A stretch of 64,000 nucleotides of DNA from a virus. The stretch covers positions 16,858 through 80,857 of IMG/VR virus record IMGVR_UViG_3300047509_000103. One strand, given 5' to 3'. How positions within the stretch are numbered: the stretch's first letter is position 1; each line of letters opens with the position of its first letter. Under the pieces are notes generated by a model that had not been told where the DNA came from, did no database searches, and saw only the letters and a program-made list of their open reading frames with translations. The translations under genes were made by a program, and so were the position numbers. Below are positions 1 to 9,422 of this stretch, piece after piece.

Positions 1-16
1 AGGCGTCTATCCGCCG

Positions 17-325
17 ATGGTTCGCGAACTCGGATTCACCGCCGAAGAATGGCACGAGGAAATGCTGATCCGGTATTTCGGCAAGGTCGAGCACACGACG
101 CCCGGCGGCCGGATCAATGTAACTCCGATCCGCACCACGACGACGAACGAGAACGGCGACCGCGATGTTTTGCCTGGGAAGGACTTCTGGGATTTTGTGG
201 AGTTCATTCGCAGACAGGCTTCGCTGGCTGGCGTCTATATCGAAGAGCCGGATCCGTTTTGGAAGGAGCGTCGCGAAAAGCTGTTGAAGGAAAAGCGCAG
301 CGACGAATCGAGGGCGCAAGCATGA
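17..325 (+). CDS. NinB/YbcN-like recombination protein, probably 5'-truncated by the window edge
   Basis: 'AEEWHEEM..YFG...RTTT...FWDFVEFI' resembles the NinB C-terminal half; nin-like context. Confidence 0.5.
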   Translation: MVRELGFTAEEWHEEMLIRYFGKVEHTTPGGRINVTPIRTTTTNENGDRDVLPGKDFWDFVEFIRRQASLAGVYIEEPDPFWKERREKLLKEKRSDESRAQA

Positions 326-495
326 GCTGGCGCAACCTAAAAAAGCGGCAGATCGCTGCACTTGAAACCGCGGAGTATTACCGCCTTCGGATGCTGGCTG
401 AGAAGAAGCCGCAACAGGACTATTCAGCACGCATCGCGGCTCAGCGCAGCAAAGCCAAAGCAATGATGAAAGACGCGCTGGGTCTGCTGAAATGA
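322..495 (+). CDS. small hypothetical protein
   Basis: ATGA overlaps at both ends (322-325, 492-495). Confidence 0.6.
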   Translation: MSWRNLKKRQIAALETAEYYRLRMLAEKKPQQDYSARIAAQRSKAKAMMKDALGLLK

Positions 496-869
496 GCCTC
501 GACAAAACCCCACAGCTACGCGACGAGAAGTATCTCGCATGGGTGCGCACGCAACCTTCGTGCATCAGCGGCCAGCTCGGCTGCGTCGCACACCACGTCA
601 TCAGCAAGCGGTTCAGCTCGCAGAAGACGTCCGACTACATGGCTATCCCACTGACCGACGCAGAGCACAAGAAGCTGCACGAATCGTGGCCTGAATGGGA
701 AAAGGTGCACGGCGAGCAGCGCATGCACTCACTGGCCACGCTGCTCAATGCCATCGCCGCAGGCTTCCCATTCCCGACGTCGACTGCAGCGCATGCGAAA
801 CCGCGCAAGCACGCTGCGGTTGGCACAGGCCTTACGTCTAGCAAAATTGTTGCGAGGCCATACGCGTGA
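492..869 (+). CDS. DUF968-like putative HNH-type nuclease
   Basis: 'DEKYLAWVRTQP.C.SG...AHH...SDYMAIPL...HKKLH'. Confidence 0.65.
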   Translation: MSLDKTPQLRDEKYLAWVRTQPSCISGQLGCVAHHVISKRFSSQKTSDYMAIPLTDAEHKKLHESWPEWEKVHGEQRMHSLATLLNAIAAGFPFPTSTAAHAKPRKHAAVGTGLTSSKIVARPYA

Positions 870-1051
870 ACTGCCCGGCACGCCAGCGGTGGAAGAAAGC
901 CTACCGCGCTTTTCGAGTGTGGCGCCGTGAGACGAACAAGGCGTACGCCGATGAATTGATAAACGGCCGCGGTTTATTGGAACTGCCAACCGATCCAGAC
1001 CAAGACGTCCGCCACATTCCGTGGGCCGAGGTGATTGGAGCGGTGGCATGA
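866..1051 (+). CDS. small hypothetical protein
   Basis: GTGA/ATGA coupling to both neighbours. Confidence 0.5.
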   Translation: MNCPARQRWKKAYRAFRVWRRETNKAYADELINGRGLLELPTDPDQDVRHIPWAEVIGAVA

Positions 1052-1434
1052 CTGCGCAGGCCGAGATGGCACTACGTCGCATAGTGCAGGAGCTGCCGCG
1101 ATTCTCGTATCGCTTCGGCGACGAGGTGGAGCTGCACCAAGGCATCGCGAAGGTGCTCACCGACGCGGGCATCGCCTTCGAGCGGGAGGTGGTCGCATCG
1201 AAGCAGGACCGTTTCGATTTCCTTTGCACCGGTGGCGTGGTGATCGAGGCGAAGGTGCACGGTGCATTGATGCCAGCGATCGATCAATGCTCGCGCTATG
1301 CCGCGTTGCCAGACGTGCATTCGGTGGTCTTGGCGACGACGCGATTCTGGGCCGGCATGCGACCGCTGAAAGCTGACGCGCAGCTCAACGGCAAACCGAT
1401 CCTGGTGGTGAAGCTGAAGGGGATGTCGTTTTGA
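1048..1434 (+). CDS. PD-(D/E)XK-family nuclease
   Basis: 'E..LH..I...EREV...RFDFL...VVIEAKV...QC.RY'; ATG 1048 after GGAG. Confidence 0.65.
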   Translation: MTAQAEMALRRIVQELPRFSYRFGDEVELHQGIAKVLTDAGIAFEREVVASKQDRFDFLCTGGVVIEAKVHGALMPAIDQCSRYAALPDVHSVVLATTRFWAGMRPLKADAQLNGKPILVVKLKGMSF

Positions 1435-3176
1435 TCACCTACGGCGAAGTAAAACTCGGCAGTGGCGACTGGTGGATCAAGTGCGAGCCGTTCGTCAGCG
1501 CGCGGCTCAAGCGTGTGTTCCCGCGCGCGCCGCAAGCTGCGGCTGAGTGGCTGCGCATATCGGCATCGGCCGAGAACACGCGCGAGCTGCGCTGGTTCCT
1601 GCAGCGCTACCCGATGGCGGTGGACAACAAAAAAGAGCTGAATCGCCGCGCGAACGAACACGTTGACAACGAGACGCGGCTTGCAGACCTGATGGCTGGT
1701 CACATTGCGCCGCCATCGATCGAACTGGCCGAGCCGCCGCGCGAGTACCAGACCTTTGCTGCGCAGATGCTCGACGTGCGCAAGGGCTATTTGCTAGCCG
1801 ACGATCTCGGCCTGGGCAAAACGGTGTCAGCAATCTGCGGATTGGTGCACACGAATGGCCTGCCAGCCTTGGTGGTCTGCCCGGCGCACCTGCCGCGGCA
1901 GTGGCAGAAGATGATCAATCGATTCGCGCCAGCGCTGCGCACGCACATCCTAAAGAAAGGGCAGGTGTACGACTTGGCGCCGCGCAAACGTGTGCGCCAG
2001 GCGGATCTGCTGCCGAATTCTATTCCCGACGTGATAATCACCAGCTACCACAAGCTGCGCGGCTGGGCTGAAACGCTGGCCGGCCTGATAAAATTCGTGG
2101 TGTTCGACGAGTGCCAGGCGTTGCGCAGCCCCGGCACAGGCATATACCGCGCTGCAGATCTTGTTTCGGCTCGCGCCACCTGGCGTATGGGCTTGAGCGC
2201 GACGCCGATCTACAACTACGGTCACGAATTCCACCATGTGATCGACGTGCTCAATCCGGGTGGTCTGGGGCAGTACGACGAATTCATCCGCGAGTGGTGC
2301 TCGCCGCTGCCGAACGGCAAAGCGCGGATCAACGACACGAAGCAATTCGGCGCGTACATGCGCCGCGAAGGACTGATGTTGCGGCGCACGCGCGAAGAGG
2401 TGAAGCGCGAGTTGCCTGAGCTGACGAAGGTGATTCACGACATCGACGCCGATGAAGCGGCGCTCGACGACATGAAGGGCAACGCTGTTGCACTGGCGAG
2501 GATCGTGCTCGGCCAAGCAGAGCGCTACCGCGGCGAGCGGATGCAAGCCGCAGGCGAATTCGATGCAATGATGCGCCAGGCCACCGGCATCGCAAAAGCG
2601 CCTTACGTAATCCAGTTCGTGGATATGCTGCTCGACAGTGGCGAGCCGATCGTGCTCTACGGCTGGCACCGCGCGGTGTATGCAATGTGGTGCGAAGCGC
2701 TCGCCAAGCACAACCCGGTGATGTACTCCGGGTCCGAGTCACCCACGCAGAAAGACGCCGCGATCGAGGCATTCGTAGCGGGTCGCACAAAGCTGCTGAT
2801 CATGTCGCTACGCAGCGGCGCCGGCGTCGACGGGCTGCAGGGCACAGCCAACACCGTCGTCTTCGGCGAACTGGATTGGAGCCCGGGGGTACACGAACAA
2901 TGCGTCGGCCGAGTGCATCGCGACGGCCAGGATTCCGCGTGCACTGCTTACTTTCTTGTTGCCCAAGCTGGCTCTGACCCTGTCATCGCCGAGGTGCTCG
3001 GCGTCAAGCGCGAACAGATCGAAGGTGTGCGCAACCCAGACGGCGCGATGGTCGAGCGCATCGAGACTGGAGAAAACAACATCCGCCGCCTTGCGCGCGA
3101 ATTCCTGCAGCGCCGCGGGCACGCGCAGCCAGAAGAAACATCGGTCACTCCAATCAGCGAACTGGTGATGGCATGA
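1431..3176 (+). CDS. SNF2-family helicase/ATPase
   Basis: LLADDLGLGKT, FDECQ, LSATPIYN, GVDGLQ, QCVGRVHRDGQ. Confidence 0.92.
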   Translation: MITYGEVKLGSGDWWIKCEPFVSARLKRVFPRAPQAAAEWLRISASAENTRELRWFLQRYPMAVDNKKELNRRANEHVDNETRLADLMAGHIAPPSIELAEPPREYQTFAAQMLDVRKGYLLADDLGLGKTVSAICGLVHTNGLPALVVCPAHLPRQWQKMINRFAPALRTHILKKGQVYDLAPRKRVRQADLLPNSIPDVIITSYHKLRGWAETLAGLIKFVVFDECQALRSPGTGIYRAADLVSARATWRMGLSATPIYNYGHEFHHVIDVLNPGGLGQYDEFIREWCSPLPNGKARINDTKQFGAYMRREGLMLRRTREEVKRELPELTKVIHDIDADEAALDDMKGNAVALARIVLGQAERYRGERMQAAGEFDAMMRQATGIAKAPYVIQFVDMLLDSGEPIVLYGWHRAVYAMWCEALAKHNPVMYSGSESPTQKDAAIEAFVAGRTKLLIMSLRSGAGVDGLQGTANTVVFGELDWSPGVHEQCVGRVHRDGQDSACTAYFLVAQAGSDPVIAEVLGVKREQIEGVRNPDGAMVERIETGENNIRRLAREFLQRRGHAQPEETSVTPISELVMA

Positions 3177-3292
3177 CCCTCTTCGACCTACGCCACTTCT
3201 GTGAATCCCACGTGCCGTGGTGGTCACCGCTGATCGTTGCAGCGTCAATTATCGCGATCGTGCTGTACGTGATGTGGAGGGCAGGGCGGTGA
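3173..3292 (+). CDS. 39-aa single-TM membrane protein (not in ORF track)
   Basis: MTLFDLRHFCESHVPWWSPLIVAASIIAIVLYVMWRAGR; ATGA/GTGA coupling. Confidence 0.55.
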   Translation: MTLFDLRHFCESHVPWWSPLIVAASIIAIVLYVMWRAGR

Positions 3293-3744
3293 CGGACGAA
3301 AGGAAAGTCGATTCGCTTGGCCGATCGTATATCAGCCGAAAGAAGTTGCGACCTTGCGCTCAGTGCGGCGACCAGATTAAACGCAAGGGCACCGCCGTTA
3401 AGTATTGCTCGCGTAAATGCTACGGCACCGCGGCTGCTGGCGTCCCGAAACCACCTGAACAGGTAGCGGCCAGACAGGTTCCGCGCGGCGACAAGCATTG
3501 GGCTTGGAGTGGTGCGTCTGTTAGTGAAAAGGGCGGCAGAGCACGCGCGCTTAGGCAGTACCGAAGCGCTGGCCGTTGTTCGCGTTGCGCCGCCACGCGC
3601 GGCGAGCGGCACCACAAAGACGGGAACACCGCGAACAACGACACGTCGAACGTCGAGATCCTGTGTCGCCGTTGCCACATGGAGGTGGACGGTCGTCTCG
3701 CACTGCTGATTGCTAACCCAGGCAAAGGGTGTGTATGTCCGTGA
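3289..3744 (+). CDS. HNH endonuclease with N-terminal zinc finger
   Basis: CAQC..YCSRKC; CSRC..HHKDGNTANN..NVEILCRRCH. Confidence 0.85.
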   Translation: MTDERKVDSLGRSYISRKKLRPCAQCGDQIKRKGTAVKYCSRKCYGTAAAGVPKPPEQVAARQVPRGDKHWAWSGASVSEKGGRARALRQYRSAGRCSRCAATRGERHHKDGNTANNDTSNVEILCRRCHMEVDGRLALLIANPGKGCVCP

Positions 3745-5162
3745 AGATACTTACGGGCGATTGCCGCCAGGTGCTGGCCACGCTGCCAGCCGAGAGCGTG
3801 CACAGCATCGTGACCGACCCGCCGTACGGCATCGGGTTCATGGGCAAGGAGTGGGACCATAAGAACATCGTGGCGCGTGCCAAGCAACGCGCCGGCCACG
3901 CGCAGCCAAAGCATCGCAACGGCACCGAGCGCACAGCGCCTAGGCGAGCGCTCGCCGAAGAAGCTGGCGCATACGACCTCTCGCCAGCAGCGATGCGCGC
4001 TTTTCAAAGCTGGACTGCTGAATGGGCAGCGCAAGCGATTCGTGTGCTGAAGCCTGGCGGCATCGTTCTCTGCTTTGCTTCGACCAGGACGTATCACCGT
4101 ATGGCCTGCGGTCTTGAGGACGCCGGTTTCGAGGTGTTCGATCAAATTGGCTGGCTGTTCGGGTCCGGCTTCCCGAAAAACCACGACTTCGCGAAAGATC
4201 AGGAGGCGAGCAAAGCTGCCGGTGCGCGCGTCATCAAAGCGGAATTCACCGGGCACCAGATGGCCGTTGGCTTTGGTACCGCACTGAAACCGGGATGGGA
4301 GCCGATCGCCGTCGCGCGCAAGCCCATCAGCGGCACGTATGCAGAGAACGTTCTATTGCACGGTTGCGGCGCGCTGAATATCGACGGATGCCGAGTGGAG
4401 ACAGAAGACCATATTGGCGGCGGTGCCTATTCGGCGAACGGGAACCGAAACGTATCTGGATCGTTGTCACCAACTGGAATGAATCGCGCTGGCGCGACCG
4501 CTGCGCAAGAGTTCGTCCAGCCGAAAGGCCGGTGGCCAGCAAACGTTGTGCACGACGGTAGTGATGAAGTTCTCGCCGCTTTTCCGAGTGTTGCCAGCGG
4601 CATACCCAGCGGCACCAAAGCCGGTAACAACAACAACGTTTTCGGTCAGTTTGCCGGCGGTATTCCGGTGACAGGCTACGGAGACGCCGGCAGCGCCGCG
4701 CGTTTCTACTATTGCGCCAAAGCTAGCAAGGCTGATCGCGAAGCCGGTTGCGATGGTCTTCCGACCAAACGCGGCGGGATGGTGAGCAATACCAGCGGCC
4801 AGCACATGACGCGGCGGGATGGTGGCGAGCCAGGCCAGCGCGCCAATCACCACCCCACGGTCAAACCCACCGAGTTGATGCGCTGGCTTGTGCGGCTCGT
4901 CACGCCACCGGGGGGGGCAGTGCTCGATCCATTCCTTGGTTCGGGCAGCACGGCGCGCGCGGCGAGCATCGATGGCTTCGACTGCATAGGCATCGAGCTG
5001 GACCCGGAATACGTGGCGATTGCCAAGCATCGGGTGAGCGGCGACGCGCCGCTATTCGCCGATCACGCAGCCAGCGGCAGCGCCGGCAGCACCACAACAG
5101 CCAGTGCCTCATCCTCAAGCGATGGGTCGCCAGAGACCAGTTCGAGGTCGGCGCCGACATGA
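3735..5162 (+). CDS. N6/N4 DNA methyltransferase (beta class)
   Basis: VTDPPY, HPTVKP, VLDPFLGSGST. Confidence 0.92.
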   Translation: MSVKILTGDCRQVLATLPAESVHSIVTDPPYGIGFMGKEWDHKNIVARAKQRAGHAQPKHRNGTERTAPRRALAEEAGAYDLSPAAMRAFQSWTAEWAAQAIRVLKPGGIVLCFASTRTYHRMACGLEDAGFEVFDQIGWLFGSGFPKNHDFAKDQEASKAAGARVIKAEFTGHQMAVGFGTALKPGWEPIAVARKPISGTYAENVLLHGCGALNIDGCRVETEDHIGGGAYSANGNRNVSGSLSPTGMNRAGATAAQEFVQPKGRWPANVVHDGSDEVLAAFPSVASGIPSGTKAGNNNNVFGQFAGGIPVTGYGDAGSAARFYYCAKASKADREAGCDGLPTKRGGMVSNTSGQHMTRRDGGEPGQRANHHPTVKPTELMRWLVRLVTPPGGAVLDPFLGSGSTARAASIDGFDCIGIELDPEYVAIAKHRVSGDAPLFADHAASGSAGSTTTASASSSSDGSPETSSRSAPT

Positions 5163-5278
5163 CGAAATACCAGGATGTTCGGCGAAGTTAGCAATTCAGT
5201 TTCCATAGCACTTATTCCAAGTTAGCCGAAGATTACGCGCGTTTAGCTGAACATACAACCAATATCGCGGAAGTTGAC

Positions 5279-5941
5279 ATGCAAACCCCTACGATAGCCG
5301 ACTGTGTCAAAGCCCTCACGCCGAACGAGTTGACGCTAGACGTCCTTTCCCGTCGGCTGAACTACGAGCCGGCCAAATTGCTGCCGATGCTGCAGGCCGG
5401 CGCCAGCCTGGGCTACGTCCGCTGCGGCAAGTCGAACGGGCAGATGTTCTGGAGTACCGGCGCGGCACCGCCGCCCGAGCCCGTGGCACCGCTGCCGAAG
5501 TACGTGCCATCGGTCAAGAAGTACAAGAAACGCCGTACCAAGGAGCAGATCGCCGCCGATCTGGCCGAATTGCAGCGTAAGCGGCTTGAGCGTGATGCCA
5601 ACCGCACGCTGAAAAAGCGCCAGCGGATCAAGCCTGGCGAGCCCAACGTGATCACTGAGCCGCCCAAGCAAGAAAACCGCGTGGCCGGCTGGCCTAAGAA
5701 ACAGCTCAGCGGCGCCGCCAAGCGCGCCCTGAGCAAGCTGCGCAACCAACACATCGTCGTGAGAGCCCATATGCCAGCACTGCCGGAGCTTTCGATCAGC
5801 AGCACCGAGCACGGCGTGAGCATCGAGACACGGATGGAGCCGAACCAGGCGCCAGACCAGCAGGTGCACATCCTCGCCGGTGACGTGACCGCCCTGGTCG
5901 ATGCGCTGATGAAAGTCGAATTGTTAGGAGCGCCGCGTTGA
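5279..5941 (+). CDS. hypothetical protein, possible N-terminal wHTH
   Basis: 'LTLDVLSRRLNY...LGYV' followed by basic region. Confidence 0.55.
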   Translation: MQTPTIADCVKALTPNELTLDVLSRRLNYEPAKLLPMLQAGASLGYVRCGKSNGQMFWSTGAAPPPEPVAPLPKYVPSVKKYKKRRTKEQIAADLAELQRKRLERDANRTLKKRQRIKPGEPNVITEPPKQENRVAGWPKKQLSGAAKRALSKLRNQHIVVRAHMPALPELSISSTEHGVSIETRMEPNQAPDQQVHILAGDVTALVDALMKVELLGAPR

Positions 5942-5977
5942 AGATTCAGCGCGAGATAGCAAAAGAGGGCGGCGGCG

Positions 5978-6889
5978 ATGCGTGAGTACGGCGCTGTATC
6001 GCCGAAGTTCTGGACGGGCCGGACAGGCAGGAAGCTGCGTGGGCAACCAGAGGCGCAGATCCTCGCGTTGTACCTGATGACCGCGCCGGGCTCGACGATG
6101 ACCGGCGTTTACTACTGCCCACACGTCTCAATGGCAAGCGAAACAGGTCTTGGAATAGAAGGGGCATCGAAGGGGCTTGCATGCCTCATCAAAGAGGGAT
6201 TTTGCCAGTACGACGAGGAAAGCGAGACGGTGTTCGTCGTCACGATGGCCGAGTGGCAGATTGGTGAATCGCTCGACCAGAAGGACAAGCGTGTGCTGGG
6301 TCTGCGCAAGGAAGTGGCGCGCATGACGCCTACCGCATTGCAGCGACGTTTCATCGATGTTTACGACGCGCTATATCACCTGCAAATGCTGCCAAAAGAC
6401 GGATGGCCCTTGGAAGGGGCATCGAAGGGTGGTCGAAGCCAGGAGCAGGAGCAGGAACAAAGACAGGAACAAGAGCAAAAAGAAAGACACACGCAATCTG
6501 AAGCGTCTCTACAGGCGCCCCCAGAAAAAGCGCGTGTGTCAGATCAAACGCCGCCGGAGCCAGAAGAAAAACCCAGCTTCGCCGGCACCGTGTGCAAATC
6601 GCTCCGGGCGATGGGAATTCTGATTACCCCAACCAACCCAGAACTGCTGGATCTGATCAAGCAGGGCGTGACGATCCGCGAGCTGACCGATGCCGGCACG
6701 ACGGCGCGGGAAGCGGGCAAGACATCGGCCGGCTACGTGTTCGGGATCATCCGCGGACAGCGCGAGGACGCCAAGCGCAAAGCTGCGCTTCCATCGGCTC
6801 GTGCCAGTCCAGGATTCAAGTCATCGCACATCACTGACGACTTCAGCGAAATCGACTACGGCAGCAACCTCCCGGAAAACCCAGCATGA
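5978..6889 (+). CDS. phage replication initiator (lambda O-like architecture)
   Basis: 'YGAVSPKFW...LALYLMT' N-terminus, QEQEQE linker, 'YVFGII' C-terminus; directly upstream of DnaC-like gene. Confidence 0.8.
   Translation: MREYGAVSPKFWTGRTGRKLRGQPEAQILALYLMTAPGSTMTGVYYCPHVSMASETGLGIEGASKGLACLIKEGFCQYDEESETVFVVTMAEWQIGESLDQKDKRVLGLRKEVARMTPTALQRRFIDVYDALYHLQMLPKDGWPLEGASKGGRSQEQEQEQRQEQEQKERHTQSEASLQAPPEKARVSDQTPPEPEEKPSFAGTVCKSLRAMGILITPTNPELLDLIKQGVTIRELTDAGTTAREAGKTSAGYVFGIIRGQREDAKRKAALPSARASPGFKSSHITDDFSEIDYGSNLPENPA
6158..6429 (+). repeat. putative origin iterons: GAAGGGGCATCGAAGGG at 6158-6174 and 6413-6429
   Basis: identical 17-mers inside the initiator gene, followed by a purine-rich tract. 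Confidence 0.55.
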
Positions 6890-7746
6890 ACGCGACTGCA
6901 GAAGCCAACCCAAACACCGTCACCGAGCCACGAACCTACACGCCGACGTGCGAAGAGCACGGCTACGCGATCGGCGATGACATGGTCTGCCCAACTTGCG
7001 AAGCCCAGCGCATGCTGCACGAGACGGCTGAGCACGATCGCTCCATGCAGGCAAAAACACGCTTGGTCGAAGCTCAGCGCATTGCCCAAGCCAAGATCGA
7101 GCGCCAGATCGAAAGCGCTGGACTGCCGGCACGATTCCGCGACTACCGACTGGACACGTTCCCGCGCAGCGCGATCGTTCTGAAATCGGCAGAGCAGAAA
7201 GCCGAGCTAGACGTCGCGATCGCCGCATGCCGCACGTTCGTGAACCGCTGGCCGCAGATGCGCAAGGACGGTACGAACCTGATCATGATCGGATCCACCG
7301 GTACCGGAAAAACCGGCCTGGCCTGCTCGATCGTCAACGCTGTTATGCAAGAGCACCACGCCACCGGAATGTTCATAAGCGCCTACGGCGCGGTGAGGCA
7401 CCAGCGCGATACATGGGGCCGAAAGGGAAAACGCGAGATCGATGCGCTCAGAGAACTGGTCGAGCCAGACATCCTGGTGCTGGACGAGGTTGGAGTAAGC
7501 CTCGGCGGCGACGCCGAAATGCTGATGCTCTGGGAAGTGATCAATGGCCGGTACCAGGAATCAAAACCCACCATCCTGATCAGCAACGTGCCAATGGATG
7601 ACTACGAGCAGCGCGCGATCAACGGTACGGTCGAAATGCGGGCAGGCCTGAAACGCCGTCTCGGCGGCCGTGCGATGGACCGACTGCTGGCAAACGAATC
7701 CAGCGTGATCCGCTGCCAATGGCCGAGTTTGAGAGCGAAGGCATGA
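6886..7746 (+). CDS. DnaC/IstB-like AAA+ helicase loader
   Basis: GSTGTGKT, LVLDEVG, INGRY..KPTILISN, RAMDRL. Confidence 0.9.
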   Translation: MNATAEANPNTVTEPRTYTPTCEEHGYAIGDDMVCPTCEAQRMLHETAEHDRSMQAKTRLVEAQRIAQAKIERQIESAGLPARFRDYRLDTFPRSAIVLKSAEQKAELDVAIAACRTFVNRWPQMRKDGTNLIMIGSTGTGKTGLACSIVNAVMQEHHATGMFISAYGAVRHQRDTWGRKGKREIDALRELVEPDILVLDEVGVSLGGDAEMLMLWEVINGRYQESKPTILISNVPMDDYEQRAINGTVEMRAGLKRRLGGRAMDRLLANESSVIRCQWPSLRAKA

Positions 7747-8045
7747 ACCGCCGCCGTGACGACCGTCGCGGCCCTAGCGAGGAAACTCGGATGAGCGGCA
7801 ACCGCGGAAATGGAAATATCGCTGACGGCGACAAGCAGATGGCGCTGATCGCGCGAATTCTCGCGTGCACAAGGCCTACACCGATCAACGAGGTTATCGC
7901 CGCAACCCAATGCGCCAGGGCGACGGTGTATCGGGTCGTAAACCGGATGCAGAAGCACTTCCCGTTGGAATACGTGCGCGGCAACAACTGGCAGCCGGGC
8001 CGCATCCACATGCGCCACGCCATCGGCGGTAGGAGATATCAATGA
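7743..8045 (+). CDS. HTH DNA-binding protein
   Basis: 'INEVIAATQCARATVYRVV'. Confidence 0.6.
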   Translation: MNRRRDDRRGPSEETRMSGNRGNGNIADGDKQMALIARILACTRPTPINEVIAATQCARATVYRVVNRMQKHFPLEYVRGNNWQPGRIHMRHAIGGRRYQ

Positions 8046-8527
8046 GCCAGCTACTGCTGTGCGCACTGCATCGCCGTGGCAAGCCGAGCACGGCCGGCGA
8101 CATTCACGAGACCGCGCTCGGCCTGGCGATGAATGCTGGCTGGCCGCGATCGGAATGGCCGACCAACCCGAAGCAGGTGGCAGCGCTGCTTAAGGGGATG
8201 ATCAAAGCGGGGGATGTGATGCAGGTTGATTGCAGCCGAGAAAACGGCCGCGACGTGCCGATGTTTCAACCGATCTGCGGCGCTGGTTTCGACTCGGAGT
8301 ACGAGATGCCGGATCCGCCGGCGAAGCCGAAGAAAAGCGACCTGGATGGAATGACCAAACCCCAGATCTACGCGCTGGTCGACGTGCTCGAAGCCCTGGT
8401 GCACGAAGGCGCGCGGCAACGGCGCGAGCTCGGCTCACTGTTGGTCCGCCAACTGGAAGAGTTCGAACGCACCACCGAGCGCGCCAAACGCCAGCTACTG
8501 GCTGCCGGCATCGAGGGCAAGCTATGA
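8042..8527 (+). CDS. hypothetical protein (wHTH-like plus coiled coil)
   Basis: ATGA-coupled ORF with GGAG RBS. Confidence 0.6.
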   Translation: MSQLLLCALHRRGKPSTAGDIHETALGLAMNAGWPRSEWPTNPKQVAALLKGMIKAGDVMQVDCSRENGRDVPMFQPICGAGFDSEYEMPDPPAKPKKSDLDGMTKPQIYALVDVLEALVHEGARQRRELGSLLVRQLEEFERTTERAKRQLLAAGIEGKL

Positions 8528-9075
8528 GCAAGAACACTGTGCGCTGGACTGAGGAAGAGTACGCAGCGGTGCTTGCGAACGGAACGCAGGATTTGGGAAA
8601 TATCCAGATATTGCGGCGCAGTCAAATGTTCAAAGTGCCACTGAGCGCGGGTATCCACCACGGCAATCAAATAGCCGTCAAACAGGAAACCAAGACTCGC
8701 CGCGGAGATCCAGAGCACCAGGAACAGGCCCAATTCATCGCCGAGCTTGAGGCGCTGGCCAAGCGCGACCGCCGCTACGCGCTCGCGGTGCATCGCACCT
8801 ACGCAATTCCGAATGGTGGGCACAAGAGCAAGCGCGTGCGCGGACGACACAAGGCTGAAGGGCTCAAGTCGAGCGTTCCTGATCTGTTTGTGAGTCTGCC
8901 CGTCAACGACTTCTCGGGCTGCTACATCGAGATGAAAAGCCTCACCGGTGACCCCGACCGCGACCAGCGCAAGTGGCTGAACGAATCGATCGACCTGGGC
9001 TACATGGCCGCGTGCTGCCGCGGCTGGAAGCAAGCAATGATCGTCTGGCTTGCCTACGTGGATCCGTCGCTATGA
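8524..9075 (+). CDS. VRR-NUC domain nuclease
   Basis: EH.EQ..YAIPNGG..EGLKSSVPDL..YIEMK..Q..W. Confidence 0.85.
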   Translation: MSKNTVRWTEEEYAAVLANGTQDLGNIQILRRSQMFKVPLSAGIHHGNQIAVKQETKTRRGDPEHQEQAQFIAELEALAKRDRRYALAVHRTYAIPNGGHKSKRVRGRHKAEGLKSSVPDLFVSLPVNDFSGCYIEMKSLTGDPDRDQRKWLNESIDLGYMAACCRGWKQAMIVWLAYVDPSL

Positions 9076-9422
9076 GCAAGCCAATCCTGACGCTCAAGCT
9101 GACTCCGTACCCGTGGACGCTCACGTTGTGGACCGATCGGCAGGCAATGGACCGGCATCTGAAGAAGATGCGCCCTGACCGCGAGACGGATCCGACAGAC
9201 GTCGGTGGCCGCTGCGTGTCGATGCTCGATATGCGGCACACCGCGCTTGGAATCTACCAGCGAGATCTGGGTGTGCTGGTCCACGAACTACAACACGCGC
9301 TTTGCCACATTTTCGACGAGATTGGAATTCAGACAAATGCCGGAAACAGCGAGCCAGCGGCATACATGCTGCAGTTCATGTTCAACGAGTGCCGGCGCGC
9401 GATGTTTGGGAGAAGGAAGTGA
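9072..9422 (+). CDS. small zincin-like HExxH protein
   Basis: LVHELQH...EPAAY. Confidence 0.65.
   Translation: MSKPILTLKLTPYPWTLTLWTDRQAMDRHLKKMRPDRETDPTDVGGRCVSMLDMRHTALGIYQRDLGVLVHELQHALCHIFDEIGIQTNAGNSEPAAYMLQFMFNECRRAMFGRRK

Noticed and set aside
5065-5191. Frameshifted second gene at the methylase 3' end
   Set aside because: The Ser/Thr tail and alternative frame hint at a remnant, but no recognisable motif supports it
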